In this document: positions 10,546 to 21,099 of the stretch, in pieces
Position numbering within the stretch: the first letter of the stretch is position 1
Layout: each line of letters opens with the position of its first letter
Origin: a bacterium
GTDB lineage: Bacteria > UBA8248
Assembly: GCA_963692865.2 (NCBI GenBank)
Contig: OY843592.1
Span: 288,001 to 352,000, forward strand
Direction of reading: 5' to 3'
Length of the DNA: 64,000 nt
Notes under the pieces: model-generated
What the model was told of the DNA's origin: nothing
Database searches by the model: none
The model's input: the letters and a program-made list of their open reading frames with translations, nothing else
Program-made: the position numbers and the translations under genes

Positions 10546-11910
10546 TCAGCCCACCTGCGCGAATTCGACCTCGAAGGGCGCCGCGGCGTCTTCGAGCTCC
10601 ACCAGGTGATAGATGTGGAACTCATACACCGGCCCGCCCTCGAAATCGGACGGCGAGAACGGGAAGGCCAGGTTCCCGGCGGTGGCCTTTCTACCCTCGA
10701 AGCCCGCGTGCAGGAACGTGCTCCGCGTGAGGGAGAGCACCGCGTTCGCCGTCGTCTGGTCACTGGCGATCGCCTCCATGACTACGCCGACCTCCCGTGG
10801 AGCGCTCGATTCATTAGCCGCCGGACGGCCCATGACGCCGTCGCGCCCGTAGAAGATGAAGCGAAGCTCGTAATCCTCGGGCGAGAGCGCACCCCGGACC
10901 ATATCCGCGACGGTGTTTTTCACGTTCGCCTCCACCTCGTCGAGACTCGCGAGCAGCCTGGGGTCCGTCATCCCGGCGACGGCGATGGTGCGGAATCCCC
11001 TTAAGCGCACGCCTTCGATCTTGATGGTCGGGGTCTGTGCTTGCACGAAGCGGCTGCCGCTCACCCGCACGCGGCGCTCGCCGATTTGTTCGAACTCGGA
11101 GTCCTTGAGGTCGATCATCCCCTCGGGTTCATAGAACAGATAGGGGTCGGGCTGTTCGTACATCATGTGGGCCGCCACGGAGTTCGGCGTTACGCGCATC
11201 CCCTCGTTCATCGGCTCGAGTTCGAAATGATCTTCTCGTAGCGTGCCCAGAATGCAGTCGTTCGCCCCGATGGGCAGGGCGCACTGCGCGCCGCACTCGA
11301 TGATCTTCGCCATGTGGAAGGCGAGGCCGAGATCGTACCCGCGCATCGCGGCGTAAGAGGTATAGATGGCCGTATCGCAGGAGCGTCCGGCGAGAACGAC
11401 TTCAGCCCCTCCTTCCAGAGCCGTCATGAAGGGCTCCAGCCCCATCTGGCCCACGATGCGCACGCTCTCGTCCACCATCTCCTCGGTGAGTTCGGGGAGT
11501 TTGCCCAGAGTGCGCGTCCTCTTCTCCCGCACGGCGCGTTTGACGAATTCCTTGTCCATCTCGGAGCGGATCACCGCCAGCTTGAAGCGGTGCCCGTCGC
11601 GTTTCGCCAACTCGTGCATCGTGTCGAGCACGCTGCCCACGTGGGGGTTTCCGCCCGCCGTACCGGCGGAGCCGATGATGTAGGGAATCTTCTTCTTTCT
11701 GGCGGCGGCCAGCGAAAAGCCCAGGTCCCTGCGAATCTGCTCGCGCTTGGTGAGTTGATCGCCGCTGCCGAGGTAGTAGGGCCCCGCGTCGGTGGAGCCG
11801 TTGTCCGCCCCCATGACGTGCGGGTCGCGGGCGAGGCCGTTTTCGAGCGAGGCTTTGGGGAATCCATAGCCGAGATTGCCGCATACGGACAATACCCTGA
11901 GTTCATCCAT
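10546..11910 (-). CDS. AtuA/DUF1446-family protein
   Basis: LGYGFP, GSTDAGPYYLG, AKIIECGA, TAGNLAFPFSP. Confidence 0.85.
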   Translation of the reverse strand: MDELRVLSVCGNLGYGFPKASLENGLARDPHVMGADNGSTDAGPYYLGSGDQLTKREQIRRDLGFSLAAARKKKIPYIIGSAGTAGGNPHVGSVLDTMHELAKRDGHRFKLAVIRSEMDKEFVKRAVREKRTRTLGKLPELTEEMVDESVRIVGQMGLEPFMTALEGGAEVVLAGRSCDTAIYTSYAAMRGYDLGLAFHMAKIIECGAQCALPIGANDCILGTLREDHFELEPMNEGMRVTPNSVAAHMMYEQPDPYLFYEPEGMIDLKDSEFEQIGERRVRVSGSRFVQAQTPTIKIEGVRLRGFRTIAVAGMTDPRLLASLDEVEANVKNTVADMVRGALSPEDYELRFIFYGRDGVMGRPAANESSAPREVGVVMEAIASDQTTANAVLSLTRSTFLHAGFEGRKATAGNLAFPFSPSDFEGGPVYEFHIYHLVELEDAAAPFEVEFAQVG

Positions 11911-12004
11911 GCGAGACTCCTGGGGCATTTTGACTGGAAGATACGCGAAACCTGCGCGATCGCACCTGCCCGGTAAACGCCGCGTAATCCGGCGTCAGCA
12001 ACGC

Positions 12005-12442
12005 CTACGGCTGGACCCGCAGCCGCTCGGGCTCGATGATGGCCTCCGCCGTTATCTCGATCATCGCGTCGGGAGGACCGAGGCGGGAGATCTCGATGAG
12101 CGTGCTGGCTGGTCGGACGTTCTTGAAGTATTTGAAGCGCTCATCCGAATGCTTGTAGTACTCCATGATGTCGGTCACGTACGTCGTGGAGCTGACGATG
12201 TCGTCGAACGTAGCGCCCGCGTGGGCCAGACCCTTGCCGATGTTCTCGCAAGTCACCCGTATCTGGGTGCGCATGTCGCCGACGCCTTCCACTTCGCCGC
12301 TCGGCTTGCGGGGCACCTGGCCGGAAAGATAGATGTGCGCGTGGTCCGATCCGTGAATCGTCACCACGGGCACGTAGAGCAACTCGCCGTTCTCCACGCG
12401 GGACCACATATCGTCGGGCTGCATGAACTGTCTCTGGATCAT
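12005..12442 (-). CDS. RidA family protein
   Basis: IYLSGQV...RPASTLIEISRL...IEI; C-terminal part of ORF 12005..12988. Confidence 0.88.
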   Translation of the reverse strand: MIQRQFMQPDDMWSRVENGELLYVPVVTIHGSDHAHIYLSGQVPRKPSGEVEGVGDMRTQIRVTCENIGKGLAHAGATFDDIVSSTTYVTDIMEYYKHSDERFKYFKNVRPASTLIEISRLGPPDAMIEITAEAIIEPERLRVQP

Positions 12443-12468
12443 CTCGTCGTTCCTCTCTAGGTGTTCGT

Positions 12469-13284
12469 TTAATCCGTCACCCATGCGGGTTGGCCATCGG
12501 ACTGCCCCATCAGGCCCGCCAGCGTCTCGGCCACCTTTCTTTCGCACTCGAGAAACTCCACCGAAAGAACGTCGCGCGGACGGGGCAGGTCGATCTTGAT
12601 CTCCTCGGCGATTCGTCCGGGGCGCGGCGACATCAGGAGCACCCGGTCTGAGAGATAGGCCGCCTCGCGGACGCTGTGGGTCACGAAGAGGACCGTCTTG
12701 TGGGTTTCCATCCACACCTGCACGAGAAGCTGCTGGAGGCTCGAGCGGGTCTGGGCGTCCAGGGCGCCGAAAGGCTCGTCCATGAGCATCACCTCGGGGT
12801 CGAAGGCCAGCGCGCGCGCGATGCCCACGCGCTGCTTCATGCCGCCCGAGAGGCGGTAGGGATAGACGTTCTTGAAACTCTCGAGTTCCACGAGCCGCAA
12901 GAGGCGATCGACCACGGGGTCGCGCTCGGCTTTGGGGATTCCCTTCATGCGCATGCCGAAGCGGACGTTTCCGGCCACTGTCAACCACGGGAAGACGGCG
13001 AACTCCTGGAACACGACGCCGCGGTCGAAACCCGTGTCGTTAATGTGGTGGCCGTCCAGGACGACGTCGCCCGAGGTTTTTTCATACAGTCCCGCCACGA
13101 TCATCAAGAGCGTGCTCTTGCCGCACCCGCTCGGCCCGATGAGGGAGATGAACTCGCCGCTTCGCACCTCGAAGTTCACCGATTCGAGCGCGGTGATATC
13201 CGTCGTCCGCCCCCATCCCTCGTCGATGGTGAAGACCTTGTCCAGATCCGTAATCTGGAGTTTTACGGGACCCTGTATCGCCAA
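12469..13284 (-). CDS. ABC transporter ATPase (nitrate/sulfonate/taurine type)
   Basis: GPSGCGKS, LSGGMKQR, MDEPFGALD. Confidence 0.92.
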   Translation of the reverse strand: MAIQGPVKLQITDLDKVFTIDEGWGRTTDITALESVNFEVRSGEFISLIGPSGCGKSTLLMIVAGLYEKTSGDVVLDGHHINDTGFDRGVVFQEFAVFPWLTVAGNVRFGMRMKGIPKAERDPVVDRLLRLVELESFKNVYPYRLSGGMKQRVGIARALAFDPEVMLMDEPFGALDAQTRSSLQQLLVQVWMETHKTVLFVTHSVREAAYLSDRVLLMSPRPGRIAEEIKIDLPRPRDVLSVEFLECERKVAETLAGLMGQSDGQPAWVTD

Positions 13285-13304
13285 AATATGCTCCTATCGG
13301 CGCG

Positions 13305-14165
13305 TTATTCGCGCAGCGTTCCCCAGCGCTGGACCGTGGCCAGTTCGATGCTGCGCAGGCAGACGCGCTCCACGATCACGCCGAGAATTCCGACGACCAC
13401 GACCCCCCCGTACATCATGTCCGCCGCGAGGAAATCGCGGGCCGCGAAAATCCGAAAGCCCAGGCCCGCCTCTAAAGCGACTATCATCTCCCCGGTCACT
13501 ACGATGCGCCACGCGCGGCTGAACGCGATGCGGTAGCCCGCGATCAGGTTCGGCAGCGCGCCCGGGACCATCACCTGGAAGAAAAGCGTCATGCCCTTGG
13601 CGCCCATGGCCCTGCCCGCGCGGATGAGGGAGGCGTCCACGGTCTTTACGCCCGTCCAGGCGTTCACCATGACGGTGATCATCCCCTCGAACCAGAGCAC
13701 GGAGATCAGCGTGAAATCGCTCAGCCCGAACCAGAGAATGACGATGGGAAAGAGCGCGAGGCCCGGCACGGCCAGGAAAAAGTACATCGGCGGGGCCAGA
13801 ATCCGCTCCACCGTTTGATTCATGCCCATCACCAGGCCGACCACGGTTCCCGAAACGAGGGCGAGGAACGCTCCGACCAGCAGGCGGTAAAGCGAAACGT
13901 AGATGTCGAGCCAGAGGATGCCGGACTTCGCCTGGTCCACCATCGTCACCCATATCTTTTCCAGTGGCGGAAACAGGACGGGATGGAGCGTGCCCGAGTG
14001 CGCGAGCAACTCCCAGAAGACGAGCAACCCGATCAGGGGCGCCGCCATGAGGAAAAAGGCCTTGCCCGAGTTTCGGAAAACCACGCCCCAGTTGGGCGGC
14101 CCGAGATCTCTTTTGGTCCCCGGCGTTTCTCCGGGCTGCGTTTGCGGTTTATTGGCCGACGCCAC
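13305..14165 (-). CDS. ABC transporter permease (SsuC/TauC-like)
   Basis: Hydrophobic; RAGRAMGA, GEMIV, GLGF. Confidence 0.9.
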   Translation of the reverse strand: MASANKPQTQPGETPGTKRDLGPPNWGVVFRNSGKAFFLMAAPLIGLLVFWELLAHSGTLHPVLFPPLEKIWVTMVDQAKSGILWLDIYVSLYRLLVGAFLALVSGTVVGLVMGMNQTVERILAPPMYFFLAVPGLALFPIVILWFGLSDFTLISVLWFEGMITVMVNAWTGVKTVDASLIRAGRAMGAKGMTLFFQVMVPGALPNLIAGYRIAFSRAWRIVVTGEMIVALEAGLGFRIFAARDFLAADMMYGGVVVVGILGVIVERVCLRSIELATVQRWGTLRE

Positions 14166-14179
14166 GAAGATTCCCTTTC

Positions 14180-15528
14180 TCAGCTTCCGAGAGCCGTTAT
14201 TCGTCCGCTCCCGAGAGCTTCGATCTGTCCGGGTTGGGGCAGGTTCGCGTAGGGGTCCGGCGCGATGGCGGTTTCCTCACGCTCCCGGGCGCACAGGTCC
14301 AGCGCCGCCAGGGCGAATATCTTCGTCGTGTCCACCAGCGCGTCGACGTGGATGTGCTCGCCGATATCGGCGTTCCAGCCGTAATCCGCATTAAACGTCC
14401 GGCCCGCCAAGCCGTACGTGATGGTCTGGACGCCGTAGCGGTTCATGTGGGCGGCGTCGAGATAGGAAGTCTTCACGATGATGTTGGGCTTTTCGCCCAC
14501 GATTTCCTCGTGCGCGTTGATCATCGCGAGTGAGGGCAGCGAGTCGACGGGAATGCCCGAGGGCGGATGCGAGGAGAACACCTCGACTTTGGCCCCGATG
14601 TCGGGGTGTTCCTCGTTCATCCGCTCGATGACGCCCTTGAACTCCGCCTGCACGTCCTGGATCGTCTGCCCCGGCACCAGGCGGACGTCCACGTACAGGC
14701 GGCACTCGATGGGCGAGCGCGCGCAGCGGTAGGGCCACCCGCCCTCGATGGCGGCCACGTTCACGTGGGGCCGCTCGCCCAGGAACTCGTTGCGCTCCCG
14801 GTATTCGGGAATCCATTTCCGGATCGCCGCCTGCACCCGCTCCATCCGCTCGATGGCGCTGGCCGTGTAGTGTCCATAACAGGTATGGCCCATCGACCCC
14901 CGCGTGATGACCTTGAACCAGATCGTGCCCCCGTGCCAGGGCGCGACCTGCATGCCGGTCGGCTCCCCGAGAATGCAGAAATCCGTCAGATAACCGTGCG
15001 ATATAAGATGCCGGGTGCCGACGCCGTAGCCGTCGTAGAGCACGTCCTGGTACTGGTCGATCCGGTTCTTTTCGATCTCGCCCGCGACGGAGGCCAGGAC
15101 GATGTCGCCCTTGAGCTTCACGCCCGCATCCTGGAGGCTTTCGCCGCGCCGAGGTAGGAGACATCGGCGCTTTTCATGTTGGCCGCGCCGTTTCCGATAA
15201 TCCAGTCCCCATCGCGAATCGCCTTGTTCTTGTAGCCCGGCTGGGTGAGTTCGGGCTCTTCGCCGGAATAGGAGGTGTCCAGGTGGCCGTTGAACATCAG
15301 GGAATAGCCGCCGCCGGTTCCCGGCGAGATGCCGACCGCGTTGTAGCGGCCCTCGGCCACCTTTTGCAGGTGCGCCTCGAAGCCGGCCTCCTCGTACTTC
15401 GCGTGCATGTAGCGGGCGGCATTCTCCTCGTAGCCGGTGGGGCTGGGTATGTCCACGAGTTCCATGGTGGTCTTGACGAGGAAATCCTCATCCACCGCGT
15501 CGACGACTTTCTTTTGAAGCTCATCCAT
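14180..15528 (-). pseudogene. ArgE/DapE-family M20 deacylase, frameshifted near 15136
   Basis: N-half (NGHLDT, GAANMK) and C-half (KLKGDIVLASVAGE, LGEPT) join if one C is added: AAKA-LQDAG-VKLKGD. Confidence 0.75.
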
Positions 15529-15581
15529 GATTCGCGATTCTCCTCAAGCGCACTTCATCATACGCATACAAATACAATCTC

Positions 15582-15618
15582 ACCCCTCCGGAGGGCTAAG
15601 CCGCCCGCCCGGAGGGGT
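15582..15618 (-). terminator. Intercistronic stem-loop after the binding-protein gene
   Basis: acccctccgg...ccggaggggt inverted repeat. Confidence 0.55.
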
Positions 15619-15647
15619 AAAAACGGTTCAAATTGATATTTGCCGCC

Positions 15648-16643
15648 TTATTTCATCAGAGCGAAGTAGGCGTTCTCCACCAACTGGGTGTCGATGTGCT
15701 TGGTGACGTCGATGCGCTTGGGCAGCTTGCCCTTCTTCACGCTCACGTCAACGCCGTCCTGCACTTCCTTGATGTCCCTGTGCGTGATCATCGCGCGGTC
15801 CCAGCGCATGAACCTGTAAAGATTGTTCTTCACCTTCTTCACGTCGAATTTGAAGCCCTGGCTCTTCCAGAACTCCTGCACAATCTTCGCGGACTCGTCC
15901 CGGTTACGGTTCAGGAAACGCATCGCGCGGACGTGGGCGTTCATGAAGCGCTGCGCGCCGTCGGGATTCTTTTTCCTGATGTAGGACCACGAACTCGTCA
16001 GGAAGACGGGGGAAGTGTAGCCGAGCAAGTCATCGTATTCCTTCGGCCCCATGACCATCCGGCCCAGGCCCTTGTCGACGATGATCGAGCCCCACGGCTC
16101 CCAGGTCAGCCCCGCATCCAGAGCGCCGCGCTCGAAGGCGGCGGGGAGCGAGCCGGTCTTGGTGTTGCGAATCTTGAAATCCTTGTCCGACATGCCAATG
16201 CGCGAGAGATACGTCATCCAGGTGGCCCAGGTGCCCGTACCCATCTGTGCGCCCACGGTTTTGCCCTTCAAGTCCTTTACCGACTTGGTGGTCTTGTCCT
16301 TCACCGGCACGAGAACCATGTTCTGGTTCCCGTAGCGGTTGAGCGCGATGCCCACGACGTCCAGGCCGCGCGCCGCGATCTGGCCCACGCGGGAGCCGCG
16401 CGTGCTGATGATGTCGGCGGTGCCGCCGATGAGAGCGTCAATCAGCGCGCGGGGGCTTGTGACCCGGCGCTTCACGTTGACCCCTTCGGCTTTGTAATAG
16501 CCCTTCTTCTCCGCGATGTAGGGGATAGCGGCGTGCGAGGTGTTGTCGTGAATCAAGTTGATGACGCCTTTCGCGGCCAGCGCACTCGAGGCCATACCCA
16601 TTACGACGAACATTGCAATCAAAGCCAGGCCGAACCTTTTCAT
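15648..16643 (-). CDS. ABC substrate-binding protein (NMT1/SsuA-like)
   Basis: Signal peptide, AEKKGYY, DLKGKTVG, TWEPW. Confidence 0.88.
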   Translation of the reverse strand: MKRFGLALIAMFVVMGMASSALAAKGVINLIHDNTSHAAIPYIAEKKGYYKAEGVNVKRRVTSPRALIDALIGGTADIISTRGSRVGQIAARGLDVVGIALNRYGNQNMVLVPVKDKTTKSVKDLKGKTVGAQMGTGTWATWMTYLSRIGMSDKDFKIRNTKTGSLPAAFERGALDAGLTWEPWGSIIVDKGLGRMVMGPKEYDDLLGYTSPVFLTSSWSYIRKKNPDGAQRFMNAHVRAMRFLNRNRDESAKIVQEFWKSQGFKFDVKKVKNNLYRFMRWDRAMITHRDIKEVQDGVDVSVKKGKLPKRIDVTKHIDTQLVENAYFALMK

Positions 16644-16725
16644 TTTACTCTCCTCCACGATTGAGAACCCATTGCCTCTACGTCAACCAGAGATAAAACG
16701 ACCTGAACCGGCGAGGAGCGCCTTG

Positions 16726-17073
16726 CTACTCTCTCGCCGGGTGAAATATGGCCAGCAGCTTTACGCCCTTCTCTCCTCCCGTCATGCTGCGGTGCATCGT
16801 CTTTCGGGGCAGGAAAATGCAGTCGCCGCCCCGAAACTCGATGCTCTTATCTTCGAGTTCGTACCGCCCTTCGCCCTCGATGATGTAGATGAGTTCGTCC
16901 TCTTCATGATCGTGCCAATCGTGCGTCTCGCCGGGGCGGAAGACCGTGAGCCAGGCGTCGACGTTCCAGCCGTGGTCCTCCTGCGATGTCATCCGCCAGG
17001 CCTGCGCACCGCCGTCGAGCACCTTGTGCTTCCGGGTTTCGGGCCTGATCAGGCAGGCTTCGCGGTCGCTCAA
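16726..17073 (-). CDS. Cupin domain protein
   Basis: WHDHEEDELIYIIEGEG...GDCIFLPRKTMH; TTG start inferred from an upstream GGAG. Confidence 0.8.
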   Translation of the reverse strand: MSDREACLIRPETRKHKVLDGGAQAWRMTSQEDHGWNVDAWLTVFRPGETHDWHDHEEDELIYIIEGEGRYELEDKSIEFRGGDCIFLPRKTMHRSMTGGEKGVKLLAIFHPARE

Positions 17074-17206
17074 TTCCCGTCTCCCCAAACACGTACCCGG
17101 CCCGCGAGATGAAAACGCCGTACAGAAAATTTGAGCCGCGTATGAAATTGAATGATATCCGAAGATGCTATGCGCTTGTTCCGGCAATGTCAATCACGCG
17201 AGGGGT

Positions 17207-17694
17207 GGGCCTGTTGAAAAAGCCTGTGAAGGGATTTCGATTACGCGCACGCTTTTGAATTTCACTCCCCCCTTGAGGGGGAGTCAACGAGGCAAGGGCG
17301 AAGCCCGCAGGCGAGTTGGTGGGGGGTAGAATTCGGAATGGCGATCAAACACGTTTTACCCCCCACCGAATCGGCCTTCGCATAAACCGCTCGGCCTCTT
17401 CGACTCCCCCTCAAGGGGGGAGTGATTCCCTCTCTCCGTCGGTCGGTTAGATACGTTGAACCGCGAAATCAGGGCTTTTTCAACGGCCCCGTCAAGGGGG
17501 GGTGGTTTTGTAGCAGGACAACCCTTTGGAGTTGTCCTGCCCTCCTCGGGGCTGTCCCACAGGTCGCGACTCCGGACAGGCAATGAGCCTGTTCGGCTAC
17601 GGCGGCGTCCCCTTCGACGGGATCAGGACAGGCTTTCGATACGTGGCTTCGCCGCTACTCAGGATGAGGCGGAGAGGATTTTCTCAACAACCCC
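17207..17694. repeat. Composite intergenic repeat (TIR-bounded MITE-like element plus REP hairpins)
   Basis: gggcctgttgaaaaagcc...ggctttttcaacggcccc ends; cactccccccttgagggggagt pair; ccttcga...ctcaggatga unit. Confidence 0.8.
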
Positions 17695-17724
17695 GCAAAC
17701 GCAGGTGTGCCGGGCGTAGTTTCC

Positions 17725-19206
17725 TCAGGTCTTCTTCCCGCGCCCCCTGCGGAAGATGCCGTCGTAGAAGGTGAACACCGAGACGACCATCAGGATCGTG
17801 CCGACGGGGCTCGTGAGGAAATACCAGAACGGCTTGTTCTCGAAGGTGATGAGCGCGCGGCGCAGGTTCTCGTCCGCGAGCGACCCCAGGATGACGGCCA
17901 GGACCATCGGCGCCAGCGGAAGGCCGAGGCACCTGAGCGCGTAGCCGACGCCGCCCGCGGCCAGCATGACGTAGACGTCGAACATGCTCAGGCGCACCGC
18001 GTACGCCCCCAGGATGCAGATGGGGATGATGATGGGCATGAGCAGGGTGCGCGGCAGGCTGTAGAGCTTGACGGCGGGCTTCACCAGCAGGAGGCCGAAC
18101 ACGTACATCAAAAAGTTCGCCACGATGAGCGCGCCGTAGATGAAGTAGACGAGACCCGGGTTTTCGATGTTGATGGTGGGGCCCATCACCACGTGCTTGA
18201 GCTCCAGCGCCGCCATGAAGGCGGCGGCGGGCGGGCTGCCCGGAATCCCGAGCGTGAGCGTGGGGAGGATGGTTCCGCCGATGCACGCGTTGTTCGCCAC
18301 CTCCCCGCATACGATGCCCTCGTAGCTCCCCTTGCCGAATTTCTCGCGCTCCTCGGGCCTGGCGCGGCGCTTGCCCACGTCGTAGGCGACGAAGGCGGCG
18401 ATGTTGCCGCCCGCGCCGGGGATGGCGCCTATCACCGTGCCGATGATCCCTGAGCGCACCGAGGCGCGCGCATAGCGCCACAGCATACTGAAGGGGGGTA
18501 CTACCCGGTCCACTTTTTCGGGGATCACGGGCGGTTCTCTCTGGGGCAGCACCCAGAGCACCTCTGTCAGGCCGAAAAAGCCGATGATCACAGGGATATA
18601 GCTGATGCCGTCTTCCAGGAGCACGTTTCCGAAAGTGAAGCGCGGAACGCCGTATATGTTGTCGAGACCGACGAAAGCGATGAGCAGCCCCAGCCAGCCG
18701 GAAATCCAGCCCTTGATGGGCGCCTCGCCCGAGGTGAGCGTTCCGCAGATGGCGATCCCCCAAAGGGCCAGCAGGAACATCTCCCAGGAGCGGAACTGCA
18801 GGGCGATGAGCAGGATGAGCGGGATGAACGCCACCAGGATCAGAATGCCCACCCAGTTGCCCAGGAAAGAAGCCACGAGTGCGGTGCCGAGCGCCTGTCC
18901 CCCCTCTCCTCTCTGGGCGAGTTGGTAGCCCTCGATCATGGTGGGTACGGCGGCGGGGGTGCCGGGGATGTTGATGAGCACCGCGGTGATCGAACCGCCG
19001 AAGACGCTCGCCGTATACACGCCCAAAAGGAACATGATGGCCACGTCCTGGCTCATCTGGGTGGAGAGGCCGATCAAGAGCACCATGGACATGGTCGTCG
19101 AGATGCCCGGCATCGAACCCCACAGGAGTCCCAGGATGGTGCCCAGGATGCAGATGAACACCAGATACGGGTTCAAGGCGAGGATGAGTTGCTCGATGAA
19201 AAACAC
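17725..19206 (-). CDS. tctA: Tripartite tricarboxylate transporter large permease
   Basis: GGSITAVLINIPGT, EVANNA, TLTLGIPG. Confidence 0.92.
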   Translation of the reverse strand: MFFIEQLILALNPYLVFICILGTILGLLWGSMPGISTTMSMVLLIGLSTQMSQDVAIMFLLGVYTASVFGGSITAVLINIPGTPAAVPTMIEGYQLAQRGEGGQALGTALVASFLGNWVGILILVAFIPLILLIALQFRSWEMFLLALWGIAICGTLTSGEAPIKGWISGWLGLLIAFVGLDNIYGVPRFTFGNVLLEDGISYIPVIIGFFGLTEVLWVLPQREPPVIPEKVDRVVPPFSMLWRYARASVRSGIIGTVIGAIPGAGGNIAAFVAYDVGKRRARPEEREKFGKGSYEGIVCGEVANNACIGGTILPTLTLGIPGSPPAAAFMAALELKHVVMGPTINIENPGLVYFIYGALIVANFLMYVFGLLLVKPAVKLYSLPRTLLMPIIIPICILGAYAVRLSMFDVYVMLAAGGVGYALRCLGLPLAPMVLAVILGSLADENLRRALITFENKPFWYFLTSPVGTILMVVSVFTFYDGIFRRGRGKKT

Positions 19207-19209
19207 GGC

Positions 19210-19842
19210 CTACCCCGAGCCCGGCAGCGGAATGCGGAAGCCGTAGCGGAACGCGGCGGCCAGAACCAGCGTCGAAATCGCGGAGACGACGAGGCACTGC
19301 AGAAAGGACTTCGGCCAGAAGATTCGCAGGGCGATGGCCAGCATCGGGATGGTGACGGCCTCGAAGCTGCTGAACCCGAGCCGGAAACCTCCTATCATCA
19401 ACGGGATCGTAACGATGAACGTCACCCAGTCGAGGAGCGCCACATACACGACCACCAGGCCCATCAGGATGAGCGCCCACTGGTTCTCGTAGTCGGCGAA
19501 ATACCTCCCCAGCAATTCTCCGGGCGAGAGATTCAGTTCCGACCCGCCGCCGCGCTTGAGCGCGCCCGCCCCCAGGCCGACGGCCATGACCAACAGGCTC
19601 AGGCCCGTGAGAACGGGCATGAAGCCCGGAGCGGTGAAGATGTTATTCTCGGGGTTGGGCATGAGCAGCCCGAAGATGACGGCGAGAATCGCGACGACGC
19701 CCACGACGCTCGCCGCCGCCAAGTCCCTTCCCGGGGTGGCGGCGTCTCCCCCCTCTTCGGAAAGCAATTGCGAGGCGGTGGTGTCTTCTGGTTCATCCAC
19801 AGGCGGATGCACCTTGCGGTCATCGTCGTTCGAGGAAACCAT
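19210..19842 (-). CDS. tctB: TctB-like small permease
   Basis: Hydrophobic, APGFMP, ends FRIPLP; lies between tctC and tctA. Confidence 0.8.
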   Translation of the reverse strand: MVSSNDDDRKVHPPVDEPEDTTASQLLSEEGGDAATPGRDLAAASVVGVVAILAVIFGLLMPNPENNIFTAPGFMPVLTGLSLLVMAVGLGAGALKRGGGSELNLSPGELLGRYFADYENQWALILMGLVVVYVALLDWVTFIVTIPLMIGGFRLGFSSFEAVTIPMLAIALRIFWPKSFLQCLVVSAISTLVLAAAFRYGFRIPLPGSG

Positions 19843-19886
19843 GCAACTCTCTCGGCATAGAACAATATCAATGAATACGGCCTGCC

Positions 19887-19921
19887 TGAACGGGCCGCCT
19901 CGTCTCCAGGGCGGCCCGCTC
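19887..19921 (-). terminator. Stem-loop downstream of tctC
   Basis: cgggccgcc...ggcggcccg inverted repeat. Confidence 0.5.
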
Positions 19922-19953
19922 GGGGCAGGGCATTGCGCGATGAGCCGTCCGGC

Positions 19954-21099
19954 TCAGATGCGAGGCTTGTAGCCCTTCGGCGGCCACCAGGCGTCGAAAT
20001 CCTTCGGTTCGGGAAGCCCGAGTTCCTTGGGTCCGCGCACCTTTTTGCCGATGTGCTTCTGCAGCTTGAGCAGCGTCGCAGCGCTCAGGCACTCGAGCTG
20101 CGCGGCCCGGCGATCGGCGGCCTCCCCCACGCGGACGTCGATCTGGAAGTACTTGCGCGTGGCGATTTTCCCGAAGGCGTCGGATTTCGCGGCCGCGACC
20201 CAGACCGGCTTGATCTTGTTGAGCACGTCGACGGGCGTCTCCCGCCTCAGGGCGATGCTGTACATCCCGCCCATCGGCAAAAGGGCCTTGAGCGCGGGTA
20301 TGTAGTTGGCGATGTTGTAAGCCTTGCCGTAACCCGGGATGTCCAGATCCTTCGGCCCCGTGTGCATGAGGTTTCTCAGCTTGCCGGCGCGCAGGAACTC
20401 GACGTGCTCGTGCACGCCGCCGCCTGCGATGTCCACCTCGCCCTGCAGGCCCGCGACGGTTGCGGGTTTTCCGCCCTTGTACGGCACGAAGCGCAACTCG
20501 ATGCCCGCTGCGTCCGCGACGGTGGCGCCCACCTCGTGCCAGATGCTGCCCACGCCCGAAGTCGAGATGGTGAGCTTGCCGGATTTCTTCTTGGCCGCGG
20601 CGACCACGTCGTTGAAGGTCTTGAAGGGAGAGTCGGGCCGCACCGACCAGCTCGCGAGCGAAGCCGCCGCCGCGAAGTGCTGCCAGTCCACCCACGCTGC
20701 CGAATCCGTGTATCCCATCGGCCGGACGAACTTGTTGTAGTTCCCGGCGCCCAGCCATGTGTAGCCGTCGGCCGCCTTGTTGAGCACGTAGCGGGTGGCC
20801 ACGCCTCCCACGGACCCCGGGCGGTTGATGACGTTGACGGGCCAGCCGGTGGTGCGGGCCATCTCGCCGCACAGGGTGCGGATGACGGTGTCCGTGCCGC
20901 CGCCCGCGGCGTACATCACCACCCCCGTGATGGGGCGCGCGGGCCATTTCGCGGCGTCCGCCTTTCTGGTCGTGAACACCATCGGCGCAGCCACGGCGGC
21001 GCCGGCGACCCCGAGGGTACGGATGAAACTCCTGCGCGTGAGTTCGGATGATTCGGGAATGATGATTTCGGGGTGCTCATGAGACTTGTCTTGGGACAT
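19954..21099 (-). CDS. tctC: TctC/Bug binding protein with Tat signal
   Basis: TRRSFIR Tat motif, WPARPIT...AGGGTD, ADGYT, VPYKGG. Confidence 0.88.
   Translation of the reverse strand: MSQDKSHEHPEIIIPESSELTRRSFIRTLGVAGAAVAAPMVFTTRKADAAKWPARPITGVVMYAAGGGTDTVIRTLCGEMARTTGWPVNVINRPGSVGGVATRYVLNKAADGYTWLGAGNYNKFVRPMGYTDSAAWVDWQHFAAAASLASWSVRPDSPFKTFNDVVAAAKKKSGKLTISTSGVGSIWHEVGATVADAAGIELRFVPYKGGKPATVAGLQGEVDIAGGGVHEHVEFLRAGKLRNLMHTGPKDLDIPGYGKAYNIANYIPALKALLPMGGMYSIALRRETPVDVLNKIKPVWVAAAKSDAFGKIATRKYFQIDVRVGEAADRRAAQLECLSAATLLKLQKHIGKKVRGPKELGLPEPKDFDAWWPPKGYKPRI

Noticed and set aside
15118-15120. UGA ending ORF 15118..15528 as a possible third Sec codon
   Set aside because: The downstream half is in a different frame; a 1-bp deletion explains it.
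17207-17694. Repeats as a possible CRISPR array
   Set aside because: Palindromes are dispersed and inverted, with no regular repeat-spacer period and no cas genes.
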